Of a DNA stretch of 64,000 bases, positions 23,990-36,965 are shown in pieces. Position numbers and translations under genes: made by a program. The first letter of the stretch is position 1, and each line of letters begins with the position of its first letter. The DNA comes from Marsupella aquatica (Eukaryota; Plantae; Marchantiophyta), in assembly GCA_973895155.1 (NCBI GenBank), contig OZ316897.1, positions 16,503,938 through 16,567,937 on the forward strand, written 5' to 3'. A model generated the notes under the pieces. The model was not told where the DNA came from, did no database searches, and saw nothing but the letters and a program-made list of their open reading frames with translations.

Positions 23990-25065
23990 ACAAACTTCAG
24001 ATTAATTTTTTTCTAGTCGATGCATCCAGAACTCTGGAGTTGATTGACAAGTAAATGCCCGACGCTGCTGGCAGAAGCATATTGACCATATGTTCTCTAC
24101 TCGCTCGCAAGACCGAGTGGGTACGTCAGTCCGAGGCTCTAATTTTCAAGTTCAATAGAACCGCGGGAAAAACATCTACCTACTCAGCTGTACAGTACAT
24201 AATATACAAATTCGACCACGAGTGCTAGAGATTAGTGATTGGAGAACTCGAAGATTAGTTACGATGTGATCTAGCCAGTTATCGAGACCCTCAACTTATT
24301 CGAAGCTAATCCGAGGTCCAGACAGGTCGCTGGACCGTGGACAATTCATTTGGTCATTCCACCAAGATTTGTTTTCTGCAAGTTTACGCAATCAGTCAAT
24401 TCTGAAGATCTTTTGGTGCCAATTCATTTGATTCGACTCAATCAAATCGTAGGGTGTGAGAATCCAGCCGAGAGCATGTTGTGCTCTTGCGTTTTTCACG
24501 TCCCCCAAGCTCTTGAGGACGCGGATCGGAGGGAAGGTAGGATTGTCGTATTTGGCAAGCTGCCCGAGAGTTACAACAGGTCGAACAGATGAGCTTGAGT
24601 ACGTCGTACATGTCTGGAATTTCTGGAATTTCTACCTATGGCCTGTTCAAAGTTGATGAAGCTGACCACACACGTCGTCTGGAGGCACCCACCGAGTTTC
24701 TACATTATCTCTCTGACTAAGACGAGCTTTCCTCACTTTCTATTCATTAGATCTCACATTGAAAGCCCTACCCGTCAACTGTATATAGACGAAAAGTCCA
24801 TTGAAGTTTTGGTCCCATTCTCTTTGTTGCTGTGTGATTTATATTGACTTCTTTTTTTTGCCTTGAAAACGGAAAGCAGGCCCATCCATAGACGTCCTGC
24901 TTTGGAGCATTTATATTTACTTCTTTTGGTGGTACCCTTCTGTGGGTTTTAGCTTCTTTCTATTTCCCTTGGACAGGGGAATCAAATCAAGTTGGAGCAT
25001 TCAGGATGACCTCATGTACATGCAATGTGACTTGTTTTATAGCCAGGATGGTTAGGGATTGTTAA

Positions 25066-25251
25066 ACCACACCGCCCCTATAAAGGGCTACGGCACTCAT
25101 TCTCAAGAGTACAAGTTTAAAAATGTGTTTTGAGCTCCACAAAGGTGCTGACTGCAAAACCTTTTTTTGACAAATACTCCTCAAAAGGTGCTAGTGTTCC
25201 ACCTTGGTGAGTAGTGAGACATGGAAGGAGATTTTTTATAGTGGGTGTGGT
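25066..25251. mobile_element. Short TTAA-flanked inverted-repeat element (MITE-like)
   Basis: TTAA|ACCACACCGCCCCTATAAA ... TTTATAGTGGGTGTGGT|TTAA. Confidence 0.5.
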
Positions 25252-26851
25252 TTAAGCTTAACTTTCTTGATTTTCCATTGGGCTTAAGAGGCATACGTCC
25301 TGGTTTTATAAAAATAAATGTGATGTTCATGATATGAGTAAACACATACCAACCTTACAACACAAGAGTCAATGAGGTTGCTTAACTAGTACAGATTTGA
25401 ACCCACTAATATAATTATCAAGAATGCCTATCAGGTTCCCATGAATGCGCCTTTACCCCTCATGGCTGAAATTCCTCAGGAATCAGAATGATCCTTACTT
25501 ATGACAAGCGTAGTTTACTATAAGCTCCTGTAGATGGATTGACCTCATAATACGGTCTTCATTAAAATTATCTGCTGCCTTGTCACGTTTGTCTCCTCAT
25601 CGCCCACACATTGTCAAGGGTGAAAGAGAGGTCAAAATGTTAAAAACGTCACTCTAAGAATGGCACTTGCCAAACTTGTGAAGGGCGACAGATGACATGG
25701 AAAACGTTACCCCAAAAATCTAATTGTGGACATTGCCAACGGAAACCTTCGATCAGCAGTCTTCCCATCATCAACCAGTGTCTTCATCTCCTCAATACTT
25801 CCTAAAATTGCTAACTTATTGGAATTGAACTGTACCCCAAATTGCTAACTTATTGCAAGTGCCCCAGAATTTGGAGTAAAGTGGGATCCTAGCTAGCAAG
25901 TGTGTCTTCGTTACACAAAATCAAGCCCCATGTGGGATGGATCAGGCCCTCTGAGCAACATGAACTTTAAGGCCGCCAAAAGTTCAAACATTGTTGAACC
26001 AATCCTAAAGGCCACGACGCCCCCTTTTCTAATTGAAGTTTCATGAAAGGAAACAGTCAAGCTTTCAAAGTTTCTCTGAAATGAAAACTTTCAGCAAACA
26101 GTTTTGTTCAACAAAATAGATACTACAAAGTTTCAAAAACAAGTACCAAACCGGAATACCCAGAATTTACAGTCAGGTCTGTTAGAATAAAGTGTTCTTG
26201 AGCTTTGCTCTTTTGTCCAGTTTGAACTCTTTTGGTATTGATGGCCGTCGTTGGTCCCCCCCTCCGTAGGGTTCACGCGGAAGGTGGAAAAACAAAGAGT
26301 AATATTTGTACGATCCAATAATGTATGTATGGTGATATTGGCGGAATTGTGGTTTAAGAGTGAAGCCTAGAAGTCCTGGACATCTGAACCCTGGCCTGGC
26401 CTTTCAACGTACAGAAAACTCCTCTCGCATTTACTTTTTATGATCAGACGCTTCACAAGAAGATTAAGGTACCTATTCTCCTTGCATTTGGTCCAATTCC
26501 TCACTTTTTAAATGTTTTTAATTGAGTTGGGTTGAAGTGATTTGGAGTTTCGATGGCATTGCTTCCATACAGTGCTTGGGCTTTACGTAGTATCGGCACT
26601 CACTTGTCATGTAATGTATGGTTTTGGCGCTCAAAACTCTGCTATTAACTCCTACAGTTCAGAATTGTGAAGCATTCTTACCACACTGAATGTGTCAGTC
26701 ATTGTGGGCTATCGGATTCTACACATGAATTCTTGTCCATTTCTGGACAAATGAAAAGACCACCTGTCCACCAAGATCCCATGTGAGTCTCTAAGAGAAT
26801 TTATTTTTATAATAGCGGCAACACAGCGCAAAATGTTACAACAAACAGCCC

Positions 26852-27758
26852 CTATCCTATCATATTACTGTGGTGAATATCACACAGTTTGAGTGAATTT
26901 TTATCCCTCCACATCACAAATCTTGATCCTAGCTCCAATTTGTGCAGAGGTAGCGTCATAATACCATCGATGTTATAGTAGCGGTCAAGAATTATACAAG
27001 TTTGCATGAGGCTATCTAAACTGTAAACATTTGCGAACTCCTGCAATTCTGCCAAATTTTCCTTGCAGACTAAGTTGCAAAGTACAGCTTCGCACTTCTC
27101 TTGAAGTTCTGGAACATTATACTTGTGAGCAGCCATGAGGAGTTGTACTGGGCAAACTTCGTCCGTGACCTCAGCTGTGTAGAGGAACTTGACCAAACCT
27201 TGTAGAACAGGGCCGCTGATGTCCTGGACATGAATTTCTCCAGAGAGTTTTTCAGACATGTCATTGAAGAACATTTGCTTGAACACAGAAGATCTGCTTG
27301 CCTGGACATAGAGGTTCCACGTTAGAAGTTATCCATCGATATTAAGAATAGTTTTTTCGACTTAGGGGTCACTGCTTGCACATTAATCTCAGCAATTCAA
27401 CCTTTGAACGTAAACTCTTAATAGACCTGGAAGTTTAGTTCAAGATGTCGAAGATTACCAGCATGAACCGATGTGCCTTTGCCACTTTTTGGTTATCAAC
27501 AACAAACGTGATATCTGCATCACGAAGGCAGTCCAGATCGAACTTCTGCAGGAAATCCAGCTTCTTACTGAGTACTGCTACTTTGCTTGTTAACAGAGTA
27601 ATCGTTTCTTTGAAAGCTCTTTTTTTCGGCCTCGGAGACGCCCAGTCGAAATCCAAAAACTCATTCGCTTCTTTGAAGGCTTGTTTTTCCGACAATTGAC
27701 ATGTACAGTGGCCGTCCCATAAACCTCTCCCAGAAGCCATTACTTTCTCGAAATCCAT
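26852..27758 (-). CDS. BTB/POZ domain protein; exons 27459-27758 and 26852-27301 (249 aa)
   Basis: ADITFVVDNQKVAKAHRFML|ASRSSVFKQMF..EIHVQDISGPVLQGLVKFLYT..LLMAAHKYNVPELQEKCE is a classic BTB fold. GT..CAG phase-0 intron at 27302-27458. Confidence 0.92.
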
Positions 27759-29254
27759 ATGTGATCTTGCCCACTTGTTCGATGCTACTAGTTCACCTGA
27801 CTGCTTCTTTCAGGAAAAAATATCAGAACGCACACTTTCGAAGGTCAATTTCAATTGATCATCAATGGAGCATCTAGTAGTCTGTCCGCACTGTTGCATA
27901 AGCTGTGGATGAGTGCCTTCACTTGTGCAAAATCTTAAATAGATATGGTGATATATGACCAGGAGTTTCCGTCCTTAACTGACGATGTACCAGAACTTGA
28001 ACCCAGTTTGTCATTAGGCCTTGCACTTTCGTGGGTTCGTCACTAGTCAGGAGTTGCTAAACCGGGTCTCACTTTCATGCTTAGTCACCAAACTGGGATC
28101 GTTGGTTAGTCCCCGTCAGTAGTTATTAAAAGCCTGATGGAAAATGGATAACATCTTACCAAAAGGTATCTATCATGAACAAACACAACTTCGGGTTCAA
28201 CCTTGTATGCCAACTCATTGTTCATCTCTAGTAAGTCATTTCTTCAAATTGAATGAAGATAGAATTTTGCATTTCGAAATTCTACATTACAAAAATCACG
28301 AAAATTGTACTTGTGTCTTTTAAAGGTGATTTTGAATGATAAGTTTTGGCATCAAGTGACTTGCTTATAACAAGTCTCTGTGTGAAATTAAGGAGTTCCT
28401 CCTCTTTGATATGCAGATGAGGGACCTTTTCTGGTGGTTGCTTTCTTTTTCTTTCAAATGCACCATAAACTACGAAGGGATCCTTCATCCCTAAACCCAT
28501 ATCTCAACTACCATGATCGATGAGGGATCATGCCAAAATCTTCTCATTGACTCTGTTCAAAATGGGGGGGACCAGTCACCCTTGTTAGATGTAATCTAGT
28601 GTTTTTGACACCCTTGGATACTCCGACTGAAAGTGACATCCAATGGATATAGTTGCTTCTCCATTAGGTAACACAACCTAGATGTGTCGGTGAGTAATTT
28701 GTACCATGTAACCACTACATGTGAAGTACATTGTATGACGCTTTTGTATTTTTGCTATGGAGAATAAGAATTTTCCTTCTTTTCTCAGGATAACTTCGTT
28801 TGTTCTTCCCTATATTTGTGTTCTCAATTTAAATCAAGTGGGAGGGAGAGAGCGAGAGAGACAGGAAGGAGAGAAATGGAGGGAGGGGGTCTAGGTCACT
28901 ATATGGAGCCCCCCATCTAGATCAAGATCTCTGAAGTCTTGACATCATAAAATTTGAGAGATATTAAAATTCATTTTTTAACCGGTGTTAGTTTCAATAC
29001 TCTTAAATATTTTAAGTCTTGGCATATTTGAAAATTTTGTTTTAAAATCCTATCCTATCTTATAGATAAAAATTATCACAGACCCTCAAGTTCTTTTAAA
29101 AAATTCGAAATAACCAATAAAACAATTTTTATTTAGAAGCAAATAAATCAACCAGATTTTAGAAGCAATAAAACAACTGCAAGTGAGTTCTTTTTGAGAG
29201 ACTGAAGTTACCAGACCACAAATAAAGATCACGCTGTTTTCCTCCGAAGATTTG

Positions 29255-29600
29255 TGGTTATGGAACTTTAATTTCAAACAGTTTTGATGTGGATTACGTG
29301 TTTAGAACCAAAGGTGAAATTCATATAAAGATTTGTGGTTATGAAACTTCAATTCAAAAGAGTTGTGGTGTTGAGTATGTGTTTAGAATAACAAGTGAAA
29401 CTTTAAAATTTCAATTCAAAATAGTTGTTATGTGGATTATATGTTTAGACAATAGTGAAACTTCCAGTATGCTAGTCTTGAAACTTCAATTTAAGAGAGT
29501 TGTGATATGGAGTATGTGTTTAGAACATCAAGTGAAACTTTGGAACTTTATTGCTGTGATGTGGAATATATGTTCAGAACAACAAATGAAATTTTCAGTA
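29255..29600. repeat. Degenerate AT-rich tandem repeat
   Basis: Recurrent TGTG(G/A)..TATGT(G/T)T(T)AGAAC....GTGAAACTT units, roughly 55-80 bp apart. Confidence 0.65.
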
Positions 29601-30393
29601 TGCTTTGGTGGAAAAATTTTACTTTGAGCATCATTTTCTGTAATGGAGGGGCATAATTATTTATGCCTATGAAGAACCGATTTAAGTTTAGCGAGAGATA
29701 TTACCACCACTATCAGGAATCTTCTACCGCCACTAATTAGCAAAGAGCTAATGTAGAGTTACAGACTCGGTGTGCATTTGATCAGATAACTGATATTTGT
29801 GGATATTTAACGGCAGATGTTTTGTTCGTAGGTTCTATCGTCCACGTTTGCATTCAAAAGATGACGAATAAGGACACGCAAATGTTCTCGAGACAAGATG
29901 CTCGTATGCGGTGCCTCGCAGACAATGTCAACTTTCCCGTGAATTGACGATGAATACAGATTCCTCAGGTCTAGTCAAATTTATCATACCGTCTTAGTTC
30001 TCAATCGAGGCATTATTTCTTCTTTTCCGACAGTACCATTTTTTCCTGTTTAGACCTTTCTATCAGACATTCAAGCGTCACGAACGTTTGAAAGAAATTG
30101 GTGAGAGGGACATGTAAACAACGCACCAATATCAGACGAATTGAAAAACGTCAGGCAGCTGGAACGAGATCGAATAGCATTTATCTGTCAGATACGTAGG
30201 AGGCAAGTTGATACAAGCTTACTTGCGCAAAGCAGGTTAGCCTGTCATGTATCGAAGCGGAACAAGTTCTATTCGTATACATAGACAGAAAATTCGTGAA
30301 CGCTGGAAATAAGATTGATACAAGCATATTTGCACGAGGCAGGTGACTCGCCTTTTTTCGCACATCACTGTCTGTCATCAGTCAAATTGATAA

Positions 30394-30690
30394 CAAGTGA
30401 TCGAGCGCAAATTCTTTGTATACAGAAAGATCCTGACAAAATTAAAATCATTCCATAATCATGTTGCAATTGTCCCGCTTAAGTCGTATCAATGGTATTG
30501 TACTTCAAGAGCGAAGGTTACAGTATCTGGAATGTACAATCCCAAGTGATCGAGCGCAAATTCTTTGTATACAGAAAGATCCTGACAAAATTAAAATCAT
30601 TCCATAATCATGTTGCAATTGTCCCGCTTAAGTCGTATCAATGGTATTGTACTTCAAGAGCGAAGGTTACAGTATCTGGAATGTACAATC
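30394..30690. repeat. Perfect tandem duplication, 149-bp period
   Basis: 30394-30541 is repeated at 30543-30690 with no mismatch seen. Confidence 0.93.
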
Positions 30691-30983
30691 GAAGATTATA
30701 GTTCTCTGCGTGCAGAAATAGCGACGTGCGAATACAAACTATTTACACGACGGGTTGAACAATGGTAAGACTCTTTCCATCCGCGCAACAAATGAAATGG
30801 TTGCATACCACAGAGAGTCTAAATCACATGTTTCCTGCAAATGTGATGGGATATATTATGTATGAAAAATTTTCGGCACTTCTAAGCTAAAGATTTCTGC
30901 ACTGCATGCCGCGAAATGCGGGATCCATGAGGGAAACCCAAAATTCGAGCGAATTCAAGAACACTCGGAAGCGAGTTCACGCT

Positions 30984-31577
30984 CTACGAGTCGGTTGCAC
31001 CGGGAGTAGCGCCAGGAGTGTGATAGACTTCCTTTGCAGCAGCTTTCCTGTTTGCAAGATCTCCCTTAATAGCATCCTTTTCAATTGCGTTTTCATCCTT
31101 GGCAGCGTGCTTATCCTTCAGAGCTTGGGCCTCTTTGGCGTGCTTGTCGGCCTTGACCTCCTCTTTCTCCACCTTGTCGTGTGCCATCACCTTTCCAGCC
31201 TGCATCAATTACCCACCGTCAGTTTATCATCATCGACTCATCACCGTACTAGTTTAAAGGTCTGAAAACTCGATGAGCTACCCCACGTCAATGAAATACA
31301 CTGTACCGACAACCTTAGAATCGTCCCTTCTACATGCACATCGCTGAAACTAAGTTTTCAGCAATAGTATCCCCCGTTGAAACCACACTACGCTCGTCGA
31401 CATCCAGCCAAAATTATCAAGAAGCGCACACATTCTAGACTCAAAAAGAGCTGTCCTCAGCTCACACACCTTGGCTTGAGCGTCAATCTTGGCGTCTTCC
31501 TTTTTGTGATCGGCCTTGGCGCCAATATTTTGCACCTTCTCCTTGGCCGTGGCCGCGGCGTTCTTAACGGCATGCAT
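30984..31577 (-). CDS. LEA_1 (group 4) late embryogenesis abundant protein; exons 31470-31577 and 30984-31199 (107 aa)
   Basis: MHAVKNAAATAKEKVQNIGAKADHKKEDAKIDAQAK|AGKVMAHDKVEKEEVKADKHAKEAQA.. is an A/K/E-rich amphipathic helix with a short G/P/T tail. Canonical GT..CAG phase-0 intron. Confidence 0.88.
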
Positions 31578-31779
31578 GATTGTAACGGAGGAAATCGGAG
31601 AAGTAGTTCGAATGTAACCCAAGAGACAAGATCAAGTAGAACGAGAGGAGATAGGAACAGAGAAAAGTCTGGCAAATATCGTGCGAACAATTGAGGAAAT
31701 GATACAAATAAGTTCACACACAGGGGTTCATATACTCGAAGAATGTGATCACAGAGCGCGCCAAGTCATCACCCTTTTG

Positions 31780-32005
31780 TGCATGTGGCATTGTCGCGAA
31801 TGCCAAGTCTGACAAATTGTTCGTGAAGCTCGAGTAAACTTGCATTGGGAGGTAATCATTCCTTCTAGAGATTGAGTTGGGTTCTTGCCGTTTTCGTTTA
31901 GCCGTTGCGGAAGAATGATTTAGTGAGCGACACGTGGTCTAAGGTCCTCGTCGATCGGAGCTTTTGCGTATAAGCAGATGACACGAGTAACGCAGACGTG
32001 GTCTG
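31780..32005 (-). promoter_or_regulatory. ABRE/G-box cluster upstream of the LEA gene
   Basis: GACACGTGG (CACGTG at 31931-31936), GACGTGG (~31995-32001) and CATGTGGC (~31782). A TATA-like TATATGAA lies at ~31730 on the minus strand. Confidence 0.6.
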
Positions 32006-35000
32006 GGCACTCGAGAGGAGATGCACTTTGATCAATCGAGCTTTGGGAGCTCCGTGCGAACAGGGAATCTACTCCACATGCATGGTACTTTCTCCTTGCT
32101 TGGACGACAGGTGTTATTGTTCAAACCTGGGCGAGTCTCAGCGCGACAGCACGCTTTTGTTTTGATGGTGGAAGTGAGGGTGGAGGGGGGTTAGTATTCA
32201 GGGCAAGACTCCAAGGTACGAGCATTGAGTTCTCACTTGTGCATCTGGAATCAACCCCCCATTTGAAGGTTCAGTGAAGTGAAACAATGTGTGGGCGTCT
32301 AACCAACCCAACTGGCCCAAGATGTCAAGGAGAGTGAAAGGACAAGGAGGAGAGTGAAAAGACAAGGAGGTGAGGGCAAGATGTTGAAGTGAGGGCAAGA
32401 TGTGAGGCAAAGATGTTTAGGTGAAAACAGGGGTTAAAAAAAATGTCTATGAGAGAAAGAGATGTTGAGGTGAGGAAAAGAAATAGAGTTGAGAAAAAGA
32501 TGTCGAAGAGAGGGAAAATGGCTGAGTAGGTTGAGAAAATAATGTTGTCAAAACTGTCTTTATCCAAGACCCTCAATTGGTGGTGGCTGTTGAATGGTCA
32601 TCTAACTGTGTGGGTGCAAGGTAGTGGGCAAGTGGAAGCTAAACTTTTTGCTGTGATTTTCTTTGTGAATCTCCTTCACATCTATTGTGCACCTACACGA
32701 TAATTCTTCTACTGACATGTAAGCACACAAAACGCCAAGATAGAAATTTACTCTCAGAACTCCTGAACATACATTTGGATATATTTCGCCTTGGATTAGT
32801 AGGGTCTACAACCAGTAATAGTGGTTGTTGCTTGTTTCTCTTTGTATTGAGTGGGTCTCTCTTATGTCTCAAGAATGGCAAATATTTGTGGTAAGAGCTT
32901 GTATTGCTAGTTCTGCAATCAAGGCTGCAACAAGGCAAGGGCGTTAGACCCTTGGAGTTAGATTTGTGTATTTTCAGATACCCAGTGCTATTGACCTAGT
33001 TTGAATACAGTTGTTTGAAAAGAAGATATTTTCATTTTGAATCTTCAACAATCTATTTTACTGTACAAAAGAATGAAATAAGGAATAACCTTATTTGTGT
33101 TGTACACACCTTATTTCTCACAAACTTTTGGCCAAAAATAAGTTTTTGGCTTGCAGGTGGTTCCACTGGGGTTTTGTAGTAGACCCTAGGTTTTAAGCCA
33201 AGCCAACCTCCACCAACCCCCCCCCCCCCCCCAAAAAAAAAAAACCTAGGCCCTCAATACTGCTAAACCTCTCTGCCCAGAGAGATATGATTATGTGGTA
33301 GTTCACTTGAGTGGTGTGGTAGTTCACTTGAGTGGTGACTCATAGATCTTGGGTGACCGACTCTTCCCTTTCTTTGGGGTTCCTAAATTTATAAGTAAAC
33401 TAAAAAAAATACTTCTAATATTTATTGCATGAGTGTGCAAACTTCAAACGAAAGCCGGGACACTTTCTACCCCCCATTGTTTTAGGGTGTTGCCACTGCT
33501 ATTCTCTAGGTGTCGCCCTTTCCTCCTTTCCTGAAATGTATTTTCAGTATTTCAAGGCATTTGCTCTGCACATGCTTTGGAAATGCTTGGGCACCCATTT
33601 CAGAGGGATTTCGCAATGGACTTGAAAGATCTATGTACACACGGGAATTGAGTTGCTGTCCTAGCAAGTCAAACAACATTTCCTTGACCCACGTACTTCT
33701 GGTCCTACGCTTGGTCCAATCATTTTTTATGTAGGTGCTTAGTTGTGATCAGTCAATCCATTCATTGCTGTCCAACCATGGACATTGGTGAATGATATTG
33801 CCTTGGGTCAGAGAGGAGGGGTTGGAGGGATCACGAGGTAATCGAGGATCAAGGAGACGTGTAAGTGTGTAACTCAATGTGCTCGAGGGAGATTATTGAC
33901 GGCGGGACGACAGTGCCACTAGGAGAGGAACTCGACTATTTCGGCGTCGTAGGGTGAGTCAATTGTGTCGATGGCAAATCCTGTTCGTGCGATCCATCGC
34001 ATGTGGGGCAGTAGAGGAGGCAGGAAATGCTCAAACCAGGGTACCATGCGCAGCGGGAAGGATTTGTTTTTACTGAAGAATGGTGACTGAGGGTGGACAG
34101 ACTTGCAGAGGGAAACATTCAGATGCGCCGTTTGGGACGGGAATGCCAACACGGATGAGAGATCGAGGCGTCTTCGAAGGCGGTGCTCGGGGGTATACGA
34201 TGTGAATCTGCTCATCCAAGGAACAGCCAAGCCCAGACACAGCTAAGACCAGACACGAAATTAGCGTGTCTCAGCAGTGCCAATTGTTTTCACCAAGTGT
34301 TTCAAATACATCAGGTGCGGCAACTATTCTGGGCGGGGTCCGATTTTTACATCTAAAGTTTCCTTATTTAAACCTACAGATAGGTATTGTCCATCGCCGT
34401 GTCTACGACAGTTTCAATATTCCATCCACAGTTTGAGTAATTTCTTACGAACAGACTCTTCGAAAGTCATGGACAGCTCAATTTGATGCACTCCTGGGTA
34501 TATCTCTTCCAATCCTGTAAGCAACAATCTTTTCTATAAATAAGTAGGAATTTTCTCAGGAAGTGACACTCCGAATGTCCTGGGAGGCTTAAAGTGACTC
34601 ACTACTGGGTAAAACTCTTCACAGTTGCTGGACGAAACAATATTTTCTATATAAGTGGTGTATAACCGGAGATGTGGTTGGGCAGAACACGCAAACTGAC
34701 CACCCCGTACTGATTTTGGGAAAGCATGGCCATTGCAGAATGATATATAAATCGCATCCCAGAACCTAGACAAGTACAATTTGAGTAGGTCTCATATCCC
34801 TAGTCTGGTCTAGCACACGCTGTCCTCGGCACCGTTTCGTCAGTGTACAGCATGTACACCTACAGTAAGGCATGTTCTTTTCTTGGTTAGTCTTGGTAAA
34901 TCTTGCAAGCATACCATTAGACAAGTCGGTGTCAGGTTCAAGTCGGTGCAGGGCTGATCTGGGGGTGTGTGTTGATTGAGTGTTGTTCGACTTTCCGTCA

Positions 35001-35078
35001 AGTCATATAAGACAAGCATTTTGAAAATTCTGGTTGCGAAATGTTTTCTATGACTGTGCAGCTCCATGGGAGGAGGAG

Positions 35079-35465
35079 GAATCAGCACAACAATACCTGG
35101 TTTTCTGTAAGAATACAACAGTCCCTTGTAACTTGTCTCCGAAACGAAATCTTAACTTTGGTTTGTGTGCCGTTGATCAATCGCCAAAATGACAGATCGG
35201 ACCACATTTTACATATTTCGCAATCTTTCATTTGGTTGCTTCGGGAAACTTTATTAAGATTCGTACTTCGAAATCAGCAGCACAATCCCTGGTTTTCTTT
35301 AAGAATACAACAGTCCCTGTAACTTGTCTCCCACAAGAAATCTCAATTTTGGTTCGTGTGCCATTGATCAATGGCCAAAGTACAGATCGGACCACATTTT
35401 ACATATTTTCGCACACTTTGATTTGGTTGCTTGAGGAAACTTCATCAAGATTCGTACTACGAAAA
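35079..35465. repeat. Diverged tandem duplication, ~190-bp period
   Basis: AATCAGCA..CTGGTTTTCT.TAAGAATACAACAGTCCC..ACAGATCGGACCACATTTTACATATTT..AAGATTCGTACT occurs twice. Confidence 0.85.
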
Positions 35466-36699
35466 CCTCAAAGATGATCTCATTGAATCTCGAAAATATT
35501 TATAGTGGATTCGAGAAGTGCTGTAGTTGTTCTTCTAGAGAGGCTATCCATGTTTGTCTCGTCTCCACCCTCAACTGCTGAATTTTGAAGTCCTTCCCCC
35601 GTTTTCAATGCGCTTTTGCTTAATGTCCTGTCTTCAATCCTCGTCTGAACAACTCCAACAAAGTTGACTCTCTCCTTGCTAGCTTTCTGGCCAGCGGCTC
35701 TGCACTGCCTCCACTTTAAGTTTGCGCTTATTTCTTTTCTATTTCTATTCAACTTTATTGTGTCTGGAGGTGAACGGAGGAAGCTGCAATTCACCGTCAT
35801 TGTGGTGGTGCTCCTGGAGCTGGAGCTGGAGCAGGTGAGCATCATTCTGTTTGGATTTGGAAGGTGGGTCAACTTGTGCTTAACAGCGAATTGTTGTGGA
35901 CGTCTTCTTCCTCTGACTAACAGCAGAGTGGCTTCGTTTAAATTTACAATATCTGTTTGCAGTATCCTCCATCAGCGCTACTTACAATCTATTTTCTTTT
36001 CAAATGTCATGTCCTCGGACTTCTCGAAAAATCCATTTGTGCATACAGAGCGTAGGTCTCTATGCTTTTCGCCAGAGTTGCTTGCAATTTTATTCCCTCC
36101 TTTCTCCTGAGGTTAACCACAATTGGATGTCGGTGGGAGTAACAAAGATATATAGTAGAGAGGGAAATGCTCAGCACTCGATTGGCAAGAAGAGGTCTAG
36201 TATTATCAATGCTACTGTAGAATGATAGGACTCTGTCCACAGCAGGATCCAGTACGGGACATCGCGCATCTTCGTCAGCAGGAAGCTTATCAAAGTAAGA
36301 AATGCTCATTATGGATAGTTGCACACTGGAAGAGTTACGCGCTTTAGTCGTTCTCTAACTTCAAGGTTTACAGCACGCCTTACAGCAATTTGATGTCCAA
36401 ACAACTTTCAGGCTCAAGGGTGCTAATAAGGTCAAATCTTATGACCATATTTTCTAGGCTCCTCTGGCCACAGTAAATCAAAGATGACTGAAATTTTGTT
36501 TTAGCCCTCCAGAACAGTTTGGTCACAAAGTTTCCGAGAAATAATGTACTTTTTAAGTGTATTTAAGCTATAATATGTCTCAGCCCTGCAGTTAGCCATG
36601 CTTCCCCAAAACAAGAGAGGCTATTATTGTCAGCGGGCTCAGGTTTTCATCCTCCTTTGTAGTGCTGAAGCAGTTGATTGTAGGGCATCTTGGCAGGTT

Positions 36700-36965
36700 T
36701 CACTTCGTGACCCTCTTACGCGGTTTATGCCAGAGTTCTACCATACTTTTCAGTTCTCCGTTCAGTAGAGTGTTAGCCTTCACTACTCCTTTGTAGGTTC
36801 CTTTTTTGGCCCTTGCTTCTTCATTGGCTTCTGGTTGGGGTCCCCTTTGGCTTGTTTTTCTTGGGGGCCTTTCCCCTCTTTTTCTTCCCTCCATTGGGGT
36901 GTTTTGCCTTTGGGATCATGTTTCCCAGTTCGGCATTTTTGCCCTCACGCACTGTGATATATAAG
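36700..36965 (+). repeat. Dispersed retroposon 3'-tail family, copy 2 (longer)
   Basis: Homologous over ~260 bp to the reverse complement of 45905-46165. Ends TGTGATATATAAGAA. Confidence 0.75.

Noticed and set aside
35701-35711. Partial match to the miR408 5' sequence (TGCACTGCCTC)
   Set aside because: Only 11 nt match and there is no precursor hairpin.
35480-36324. Minus-strand ORF chain and hydrophobic plus-strand ORF 35664-36110
   Set aside because: No domain recognised, the frames are interrupted and there is no convincing gene model.
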